Part shown: piece after piece, positions 10,194 through 17,360 of the stretch
How the letters are laid out: each line of letters begins with the position of its first letter
How positions within the stretch are numbered: position 1 is the first letter of the stretch
Origin: a virus
Strand: one strand, 5' to 3'
Virus record (IMG/VR): IMGVR_UViG_3300045988_165974
Coordinates: 32,001-96,000 of that record
DNA: 64,000 nt
Notes under the pieces: model-generated
The model's input: the letters and a program-made list of their open reading frames with translations, nothing else
The model's database searches: none
What the model was told of the DNA's origin: nothing
Translations under genes and position numbers: made by a program

Positions 10194-10330
10194 TGGAAAC
10201 AGTTGGATTTGAACCAACACCCTCTTCTTGACCTATAAGATTTAATTTCTTCTTTTAAATATATTGCTGTATGTGTCCCATAATCCCACTAGACACATAA
10301 TTATTTGTGCTACCATTACACCATGTTTCC
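10194..10330 (-). ncRNA. tRNA-like gene with about 64 extra nt between D arm and T arm
   Basis: Acceptor GGAAACA/TGTTTCC, D arm GTGT-AATGGTA-GCAC and T arm GTTGG-TTCAAAT-CCAAC are intact. The middle holds the hairpin ATGTGTC..GGACACAT plus ACAGCAAT. No standard anticodon arm is present. Confidence 0.6.
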
Positions 10331-10476
10331 ATATTCGAGAGAGGAAATTATTCCTCTCTGTTTGTATATCTTGGAGGTTTTAAAATGATGAATAATAATT
10401 ACAATACACTTATTTATATTTTCAAAATGTTTTGTGGTTGAAAAATTAAATTAATATTGCTGTATGTGTATTTATA

Positions 10477-11991
10477 TTATACAGTTATGCAAGAATATCT
10501 TTCTTGATTTACTGCTTCCATCATTAATTCATACCCTGTTTTACCTGTTAATATTATTTCAAATGTAGATGGTGAAAATCCACTTACATATGAAATTCTT
10601 CCACTTCCTAGCATTGGAATATTATTTTGTCTTGCATCGACATTCCAATATATTAAATGTGGTATTTCATATCCATGTGATTGCCATTTTTTAGCTATTG
10701 ATTCCATTAATGTTTCATGTGAGCTATATTTTTGTTCACTTCTACTACTTCTCCAGCTCCAACAATTGAATTCATCAACTCCATTGTCAAATTCCATATC
10801 TGAAATTATAGCAATATTTTGTGGCAAATCTTCTTGAGATAAATTATTTTTTAATGCAGTATTTAATACTAAATCAAATACAGATTCAATATTTGTATTT
10901 TCACATAAATTAGTATCGTATATTCTTCTAACTTTATCTACAAAGTCAATTCCTTCAACTTCTACTAATCTAGCCTTTCTACTAAAACTTATGTAATGGT
11001 CTTTAAATGGACCTTTATTTCTTTCTGCACAATAAATTCCAAGTGAAATTGCTACATTTATTGGAGTCCCCCACATAGAACCTGATGTATCTACAACAGG
11101 TAATAAACTACAAGATTTCCCATTAAAGTAATCTTTTAAATTATCCCAATATTTATTTACAACATTTCTTTCAGTAGTTGAAGTTGAGAAACTATGTCTT
11201 AGTCCAATAGCTTTTTCTACGACTTCATAAGGATATAATGTAGCTGCATTTACAGTAGTCTTATCACTATTCATAAAAGCACTATATCTTTCTTCACAAT
11301 GTCTTTCAAAAGCTTTTCTATATTTAAGTCCTGCTTTACTTGGAAGTTTATCAAATTCTATTTCATGCCAATTATTAGAACTCATTTGTGTTTCAACTAA
11401 TCTTATATGATTTCTTAATTTCACTAATGTTTTTCTATATTTTTTAGCATTCATATTCAACTTTTTAGCAAAATATTTAGCTTTAAGTTTAGTATTAACA
11501 CTACTTGCTCCAAGTGAAGGCATCCACTTAGCTAATAAAGATATTGGTTTATTATTGTTCATATCTTTAAGGTCTGTTTCTAATTGATTTTTAACAATAG
11601 ATAAAACTTCTTTTTCGAACTTAGAACCTTTATATCCTAATTCTAATAAATCGTCCCATCTCCCAAACTCTGCAAAATAAATTAAATTCTTTTTTAATGC
11701 TTTAGAATTATTTTTTTCTAACCATTTTGTTATAACTCTAAATAATCTTCTTTCACCTTGTCCTCCTCGGACATCTCTAAAATAAAATAATAATTTCATT
11801 GATATTAAAGGATTTTCTTTATATGCTTTTTTAAATTGTAAAATTACATCTTCTTCACTACGATTTCTCATAGCTCCCCCAAAAGCGAAAAAATCTAAAC
11901 AATTACTAAAAGTAGTAACATGAGTAGTAGCTCCGTTTTCAGTTAAAGTATAATTTTCTTCTTCTTTTAAATTTCTTAAAAGTTTATTCAT
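10477..11991 (-). CDS. vWA-domain protein with an N-terminal DUF2828/TROVE-like region
   Basis: MIDAS motif VVDTSGSM in the C-terminal half. The N-terminus (TENGA..T..N.LDFF..GGAMR...LFYFRDVRGGQGERRLF) matches my memory of DUF2828 proteins, which are Ro60-like (TROVE + vWA). Confidence 0.55.
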   Translation of the reverse strand: MNKLLRNLKEEENYTLTENGATTHVTTFSNCLDFFAFGGAMRNRSEEDVILQFKKAYKENPLISMKLLFYFRDVRGGQGERRLFRVITKWLEKNNSKALKKNLIYFAEFGRWDDLLELGYKGSKFEKEVLSIVKNQLETDLKDMNNNKPISLLAKWMPSLGASSVNTKLKAKYFAKKLNMNAKKYRKTLVKLRNHIRLVETQMSSNNWHEIEFDKLPSKAGLKYRKAFERHCEERYSAFMNSDKTTVNAATLYPYEVVEKAIGLRHSFSTSTTERNVVNKYWDNLKDYFNGKSCSLLPVVDTSGSMWGTPINVAISLGIYCAERNKGPFKDHYISFSRKARLVEVEGIDFVDKVRRIYDTNLCENTNIESVFDLVLNTALKNNLSQEDLPQNIAIISDMEFDNGVDEFNCWSWRSSRSEQKYSSHETLMESIAKKWQSHGYEIPHLIYWNVDARQNNIPMLGSGRISYVSGFSPSTFEIILTGKTGYELMMEAVNQERYSCITV

Positions 11992-12058
11992 ATCATCTCT
12001 CCAATCAAGATACCTTTGTGTTTCCCTTTTGCTGATTGTATCTTTATATTATTTTTTA

Positions 12059-12132
12059 TGGCAGACTAAAATGGATTTGAACCATTATCTTCAAGATTCG
12101 GAGTCTCGATGTTTTACTTAAACCATTAGCCT
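12059..12132 (-). tRNA. tRNA-Arg (CCG)
   Basis: Acceptor AGGCTAA/TTAGTCT, anticodon arm CGAGA-CTCCGAA-TCTTG, T arm AATGG-TTCAAAT-CCATT, CCA encoded. Confidence 0.75.
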
Positions 12133-12453
12133 ATAAAAATTTCTAGCTAGAAAATAATTAAAATTAATTAGATTAAAATTCATTATACTTGGTTAACTCC
12201 CTGATTTCTTTTAGTTGTGTATCAGGGGAAAACAACAAGTAATTACTATATTAACTTAATAGGATATTATACTTCCGACATTCTTATTAATCGCTATCGG
12301 ATGTGCGATTTATTTTGTTTGCAAACATCTTTAGTGTAGTTCCCGTAAAAAACTTACTTGCTATAAAAAAAACTTTCAGAAATCACTACACATGACAGAT
12401 TATGTAGGTGGGGTCTGTCTCCATACACCATACAAACGAGATGATTTTTTCTT

Positions 12454-12519
12454 TGGACTTAATCGGAATTGAACCGATAACATCATGCCTGATAATTTTC
12501 CCCATTAAACTATAAGTCC
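12454..12519 (-). ncRNA. tRNA-like gene lacking an anticodon (4-nt loop)
   Basis: Acceptor GGACTTA/TAAGTCC, a D arm, and T arm ATCGG-TTCAATT-CCGAT. The anticodon arm is only TATCA-GGCA-TGATG. Total length is 66 nt. Confidence 0.55.
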
Positions 12520-12525
12520 ATATAA

Positions 12526-12597
12526 TGACCTATGAGGGAATTGAACCCTCGCCCTCACCGTGAAAGGGTGATGTCTTAGCCACTTGACTAATAGGTC
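12526..12597 (-). tRNA. tRNA-Glu (TTC)
   Basis: Acceptor GACCTAT/ATAGGTC, anticodon arm TCACC-CTTTCAC-GGTGA, T arm GAGGG-TTCAATT-CCCTC. Confidence 0.8.
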
Positions 12598-12602
12598 ATG
12601 CT

Positions 12603-12679
12603 TGGTCTAAGTAGAGGGACTCGAACCCCCAGTCTCCACATCCCAAATGTGGCGGTCTACCAAATTAACCTATACCTAG
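12603..12679 (-). tRNA. tRNA-Pro (TGG)
   Basis: Acceptor CTAGGTA/TACTTAG, anticodon arm CCACA-TTTGGGA-TGTGG, T arm GGGGG-TTCGAGT-CCCTC, A73 and an encoded CCA. Confidence 0.8.
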
Positions 12680-12851
12680 ATATTAGAGTCTAGCATCAAA
12701 ATACTAGGCTTAATCATAACAATAATTTTTAATCAAGACTCTATTTAATACTCGTTTTTAACAGAAACGTAATTAATAAATTGCTGTTAGAGTCTTTTTA
12801 TAAATATTTAGCCAGAAAACCCATTCCCTTTAGGTGATGGGATGAATGGCG

Positions 12852-14114
12852 TTAAATTGCTACTGTCTGTACCATTTGTGATGTTCTTGCAGTGACTCGC
12901 TTACAGTTACTTAACTTTGGCGTTTTAAAACCTCTTGGCATTGCTGAAAAAACAATCTTATTCCCATCAATGTCCATAAGAATTGCATATCCTGTAAACA
13001 TTCTTCCCTTAATAAAGTATTCCTTGCCAAAGTATTTTACTTTGTCATATTTTCTAAAACCGTATATTTTACCAGTTGTAATAGGCTGTTCTGAACGAAC
13101 ACCTTTTGTTTTTCGAAAATCACCATCAGAAACACATTTCTTTTTGTAAAGATTACTCCTTACATAAAAAGCATTCCCTTGTGTTGATATAGTACAAGCA
13201 TCATAATAATGTTTTTTGTCTATCCCTAAATGTAAACGATTAGTCTTTGTCACATATCCAAAAGTTTCAATAGCATTTGGATAGAATCTGAAAAGCTGCT
13301 TACGGATAGAATTCATTTGCGTAGCATATTTAAGATTACCCTTAACTTTACCGCTTAATTTAGGGTTAATCTTCTCACTATGTAAATCTTTATGACAGGT
13401 GTGACATAAAGTAATTAAATTACTTTCTTCGTCAGAACCACCTTGACTACGAAATACAATATGATGAACTTCTAATTTGCTATCCTTATGCTTGCCTTTA
13501 CAATATTGACAAGTATAGTTATCTCTATTAAGTACCATTGCTTTTGTATTTTCAAATCCATAGTTAACACCTTTCTGATACCCCCAATGTCTAACCTTGG
13601 AATTTGCAAGTATTGGATTTTTCATTAAATGCATATCAAACTTCCCTGTTTCAAATACTAAAGTTGTAATTGGTAAAATAGATTTAATATATTCTATTTC
13701 CTTTACATGACTATGAAGTTTGCTCTGCATTGTAGGACTAAATCTATCCTTTCTAATAGAATTTGCACGATTTAACCATCTTGCTTTTCTATAACGAGTT
13801 TTACGATTTCGTCTGTTTCTACGATACTTTGCTCTTTGTGTCATTTTGTTAGTAATGTCGTTTCTTACAACAATTTCCGACATATAAACAATATTTCCTT
13901 TTTCATCTGATACTGCTGTTCCTATTGTTCCACTACCTGTATCTACACCTAAAATTAAATCTTGAGTGTAGTTTGTACTGTCATACAATAGTTTAATTGT
14001 AAACGGACAACGACTAACAACTTTAGCTTTTCTATCTTTTAACAGATGTCTGATTTTCCCATACCTATTCGTAGGCATAAGTGGTTGTCCATCTTTGTTT
14101 AATACATATACCAT
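12852..14114 (-). CDS. iscB: IscB RNA-guided nuclease (RuvC + HNH; OMEGA system)
   Basis: N-terminal PLMP motif (DGQPLMPT). RuvC-I GVDTGSGTIG. Arg-rich bridge helix RRNRRNRKTRYRKARW. RuvC-II LVFETGKFD. HNH CQYC...HHIVFRSQGGSDEESNLITLCHTCH. RuvC-III HYYDAC. 420 aa. Confidence 0.9.
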   Translation of the reverse strand: MVYVLNKDGQPLMPTNRYGKIRHLLKDRKAKVVSRCPFTIKLLYDSTNYTQDLILGVDTGSGTIGTAVSDEKGNIVYMSEIVVRNDITNKMTQRAKYRRNRRNRKTRYRKARWLNRANSIRKDRFSPTMQSKLHSHVKEIEYIKSILPITTLVFETGKFDMHLMKNPILANSKVRHWGYQKGVNYGFENTKAMVLNRDNYTCQYCKGKHKDSKLEVHHIVFRSQGGSDEESNLITLCHTCHKDLHSEKINPKLSGKVKGNLKYATQMNSIRKQLFRFYPNAIETFGYVTKTNRLHLGIDKKHYYDACTISTQGNAFYVRSNLYKKKCVSDGDFRKTKGVRSEQPITTGKIYGFRKYDKVKYFGKEYFIKGRMFTGYAILMDIDGNKIVFSAMPRGFKTPKLSNCKRVTARTSQMVQTVAI

Positions 14115-14425
14115 AAACAGATATTCCTTTCATTAAATTAAATTAATAACTCAGCTACACAAGTAACTGTTATGCGTACTATACTGTACTGTTACCATAC
14201 AGTTGTTTCGACTTCAACTCGACAATGATATAAAGGCTTTTTACATATACATTACAAGGCTGTTCTTACTCTGACCTAACTTAAATGTATACGATAGAGC
14301 AATGGTCTGTTGCGTCAACCAAAGGTATCATGACTTAAATATCGTAGCCATCATTTCTGTGGCTTAGTCTGGTGAACCATTTAACAGAAGCCCATAAGCT
14401 TTAGCTTGTGGGTAGTTCACTTAAT
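14115..14425 (-). ncRNA. putative IscB omega-RNA scaffold
   Basis: About 300 nt directly 5' of iscB, locally GC-richer and ORF-free. It has several helices, e.g. GTGAAC..GTTCAC and CCCACAAGCT-AA-AGCTTATGGG. The position matches published IscB omega-RNAs. Confidence 0.65.
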
Positions 14426-14695
14426 TATTCCTGGAAGGAGATTTTTCAATTACAATGCACAAATATTATTAATAAAATCCTTTTTTTATCATAAACATAA
14501 TTGCTGTATGTGCATTTAATTATATTAACTTTAAGAAGGTACTTATCAAGACACTAAACATTATAAATATGAAACTTCCTAGAATTGTTCAATTTATTTT
14601 GAGGATTTGAACCTCTAAAGCACTTGTTTATTGACTTATTTACCTATTTGAATTAATTGCTGTAAGTGTCTTTTGAATGTATATTTTTAGAACAG

Positions 14696-14811
14696 GACGG
14701 GAAGTAGGAGTCGAATCTACAACCTACGGCTTAAATGGCAAATTAAAATGCTGTTAGTGTATCCCTTCTATACACATATTACGTTGCTCTACCCGTTGAG
14801 CTATTCCCGTC
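14696..14811 (-). ncRNA. tRNA-His-like gene with about 45 extra nt and degenerate anticodon and T arms
   Basis: G-1 plus ACGGGAA/TTCCCGT plus C73 (His signature). D arm GCTC-AACGGGTA-GAGC. Then hairpin GTGTAT-AGAAGGG-ATACAC followed by TAACAGCATT. Only 3 bp of anticodon stem remain. Confidence 0.5.
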
Positions 14812-14818
14812 ATAATGT

Positions 14819-14936
14819 TGCCGAAGAATAGATTTGAACTATTATCCTATAGCTTCCCTGTTTGAAATTGCTGCTTATGTATTTATCAATACATCTATTT
14901 ATTGGCTATTGCTCCAACCATTTGAGCTACTTCGGC
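14819..14936 (-). ncRNA. tRNA-like gene with a 51-nt anticodon loop
   Basis: Perfect acceptor GCCGAAG/CTTCGGC, D arm GCTC/GAGC, anticodon stem ATAGC/GCTAT and T arm AATAG-TTCAAAT-CTATT. The loop holds hairpin ATGTATT-GATA-AATACAT plus AAGCAGCAAT. Confidence 0.65.
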
Positions 14937-15002
14937 ATATTCTAGGGTAGAATTCCTCTACCCCATTTTTTAAACAAACAAAGAAAGAAACAGTAATAAC
15001 TT

Positions 15003-15043
15003 TGAGGTCTGTAGGATTTGAACCTACTGAAACCTTCGACCTC
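15003..15043 (-). ncRNA. acceptor/T-arm minihelix (tRNA top half only)
   Basis: GAGGTCG-AAGGTTTCA-GTAGG-TTCAAAT-CCTAC-AGACCTC-A. There is no D arm and no anticodon arm. Confidence 0.4.
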
Positions 15044-15205
15044 ACATTACTAGGGAAATTAATCCCTAGCATTCAAAAAGGGGAACAAAGAAATCAAACA
15101 ATGCACTATTTACATTCTTGCCAGTCATGTGGCATTTTTCAAAATCCAATTTGTTTTATTTTCTTCTCTTGTATATGTAATAATTGCTGTGAGTGCATTT
15201 ACCCC

Positions 15206-15490
15206 TTATATTTCTTTAGTTAATCTTTCTTTTGTACTCTTAGTGAATTTTATATAAGGTACTATTTTATCAGGTGTTTCATATTCATAACAACCTATTT
15301 GATTATCTATTTTACCTGCTCTACCTTTTCTTTCTTTAGTACCTATTTTTATACCACAAATTATTACTTCATCTCTATTTTCGATTACTCTATTTAATAA
15401 TCTTTCTAATCCGTCTACTACCTCTGCTGCTCTAACTTGTGTTATATCTAGTTCACTAGCTATTTCTTTTAACATATCTTTTTTTGTCAT
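15206..15490 (-). CDS. HU/IHF-family DNA-binding protein
   Basis: MTKKDMLKEIASELDITQ...GIKIGTKERKGRAGK...PYIKFTKSTKE follows the HU/IHF pattern. The ATG at 15490 has the best spacing from the AGGAG RBS; the track ORF starts at 15508. Confidence 0.75.
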   Translation of the reverse strand: MTKKDMLKEIASELDITQVRAAEVVDGLERLLNRVIENRDEVIICGIKIGTKERKGRAGKIDNQIGCYEYETPDKIVPYIKFTKSTKERLTKEI

Positions 15491-15592
15491 ATTCATTTCT
15501 CCTATCATTAAAAATTTTTAGAACTTCATTTCGGTAAGGAAAATACCGTCTTTTATCGTTCTTACATTTTTAATAAGGAGTTTTACTACCTT

Positions 15593-16786
15593 TTAACAAT
15601 GTTGCTTTGCACTATGTTTTTTATGTCTTTCCTCTGTCTCGCATTTTTTACACTTCGGTCTATATCTATCTTTGTTTTTTGAAAAGTGATGTATTAGTTT
15701 AGTTTCTCCACATTTAGAGCATTTTTTCCATGTTCCTTTTACAACATAAGTGTAATACCGTTCTCGGTACTCCTCCCAATATTTCTTCTCTATTACCTTA
15801 CAAATACTATTTATTGTTATGTTAACCAATTGTTGTTTCATATGTAAGATTTCTATTATCTGATAAGGTTTTACATTTCTTCTGTATAGATTTAAAACAT
15901 TCTGTTGATTCTTTGTAAAAGTACACCTACTAAGTACATCTTCAAAATCCATCATGACACAAACCATATCTGTATCATCTATTCCTTCATACTTCATTCT
16001 AAGTAAGCTTCTTATCTCTTTTTCTGTCGGAATATCAATTTCTTTAAACATCTGTGAACCAGTTGGGACTAAAGGACTTTTAAATGTTATTGGTCTTTCT
16101 AGCAATAATTTGCCATTATTTAAATCGTCTTTAACTCCATGAACTAGATAACTAAGTTCCATAGTTCCGTTTCCACTTTTCATTTTATCAATTAAGTGGA
16201 CATATAAATCGTAATAATTTTTTAAGACCTCGTGTTTTTCAATATCTTTCTTTTCAAACACAACATCTTTTACTTTATTATAATTATGTTCTACTGCTTG
16301 AAATATTGGAAAAGCTTCCCCATTATATGTTTCTTTATTATTTATATAAGGAACTCCTCCATTTCCTATCGCTAATTGATTCATAACTTTTTCTTCTTTG
16401 CAAGCTCTTCTAAACAGCTCTTTACTATTATAGATTTTATACTTTAATTCTTTCTTTTGTTGAACCTCTCCGTCTATTATGTGTTCCTTAGAATTAAGAA
16501 TATAAGTACCTAACCTCTCTAAATAGATTGCTACATTAGAAGTTGAATATAAGCTATCCTCTTTTGATAAGTGAATTTTTATTTTCTGTCTTTCTTCTGT
16601 ATCAAAAAGTTCCTCAAAGAATTCGTCATAAAACTCTTTTCCATTTATCTCATAAGTGCCTAACATATCTTTCACATATTTAACTCTATTGTCACTTCTT
16701 TGGATTGTATAGTCTAATTCATAATAATCTCTGATTGACTTCCCACACAGTTTTCCATAAAAATTGTTATTATGAAATTCATTCAA
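15593..16786 (-). CDS. hypothetical protein with a sigma-region-4-like HTH and a C-terminal Zn ribbon
   Basis: 397-aa ORF behind two TTGACA-17-TATAAT promoters. It carries an HTH-like LSRCTFTKNQQNVLNLYRRNVKPYQIIEIL and CSKCG...CKKC. Confidence 0.5.
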   Translation of the reverse strand: MNEFHNNNFYGKLCGKSIRDYYELDYTIQRSDNRVKYVKDMLGTYEINGKEFYDEFFEELFDTEERQKIKIHLSKEDSLYSTSNVAIYLERLGTYILNSKEHIIDGEVQQKKELKYKIYNSKELFRRACKEEKVMNQLAIGNGGVPYINNKETYNGEAFPIFQAVEHNYNKVKDVVFEKKDIEKHEVLKNYYDLYVHLIDKMKSGNGTMELSYLVHGVKDDLNNGKLLLERPITFKSPLVPTGSQMFKEIDIPTEKEIRSLLRMKYEGIDDTDMVCVMMDFEDVLSRCTFTKNQQNVLNLYRRNVKPYQIIEILHMKQQLVNITINSICKVIEKKYWEEYRERYYTYVVKGTWKKCSKCGETKLIHHFSKNKDRYRPKCKKCETEERHKKHSAKQHC

Positions 16787-16822
16787 TCATGTCCTCTTCT
16801 CTGTTGCCAACTTTATATCTTT

Positions 16823-16851
16823 ATTATAACAATTTTATTTCAGTATGTCAA
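16823..16851 (-). promoter_or_regulatory. sigma70-type promoter
   Basis: Minus strand reads TTGACA, a 17-nt spacer, then TATAAT. It lies about 35 nt upstream of the start at 16786. Confidence 0.6.
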
Positions 16852-16910
16852 CTTATTTTTTATTTAGTTGTTTTATTTAATTTTCTGATGTTGTTTAACT
16901 TTATACTTAC

Positions 16911-16939
16911 ATTATATATATTTAATATTAGTCTGTCAA
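16911..16939 (-). promoter_or_regulatory. sigma70-type promoter
   Basis: Minus strand reads TTGACA, a 17-nt spacer, then TATAAT. Confidence 0.55.
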
Positions 16940-16958
16940 CTACTTTTTTAAATATTTT

Positions 16959-17348
16959 CTATTTTTTCTTAAATATTCCTGCATAATCTACATCAATAAT
17001 TTCAAACAAAGGTAAATTGTTATGTATTTTTGAGTCAACTTCAATAAAAGTACTATTTATGATTTTACATTTATATTTTGTTTTTATATAACGCTTCTCA
17101 GACTCTCCAGGACTTGCTATGTTTGTGTCTATAATTATATCATAGATAATATCTTCCATTGATATACAACTCTTTAGGCATTGAATTACAAGTTCATATG
17201 ATTTAATAGTTAAAAATTCTACATTAATTTCTAAATATAATTTGTCATCCATTGAATATACTTTGTAAAAATTTGGAGATGGTATATCAATTCCATTTAT
17301 ACAAATATTCTTTATATCTCGCAAAATAAACATTTCTCTATTATCCAT
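16959..17348 (-). CDS. hypothetical protein
   Basis: 129-aa ORF, co-oriented and tightly packed. Confidence 0.45.
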   Translation of the reverse strand: MDNREMFILRDIKNICINGIDIPSPNFYKVYSMDDKLYLEINVEFLTIKSYELVIQCLKSCISMEDIIYDIIIDTNIASPGESEKRYIKTKYKCKIINSTFIEVDSKIHNNLPLFEIIDVDYAGIFKKK

Positions 17349-17360
17349 ATAAATCTCCTC

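Larger units (their letters stand above)
12790..14435 (-). mobile_element. IS200/IS605-type IscB element (no TnpA)
   Basis: The iscB ORF plus an upstream structured RNA. Two similar same-strand subterminal hairpins bracket it: CCCATTCCCTTTAGGTGATGGG (12820-12841) and CCCATAAGCTTTAGCTTGTGGG (14391-14412). Exact ends are not determined. Confidence 0.55.

Noticed and set aside
14696-14811. Calling this locus a functional tRNA-His.
   Set aside because: The G-1/C73 and D arm fit His, and a GTG triplet occurs in the insert. However, no 5-bp anticodon stem or 7-nt loop can be drawn and the T arm is irregular. It is therefore reported only as tRNA-like.
15002-15223. 73-aa plus-strand ORF.
   Set aside because: It overlaps the tRNA minihelix, an ACAGCAAT motif copy and the 3' end of the HU-like gene, on the opposite strand to all local genes.
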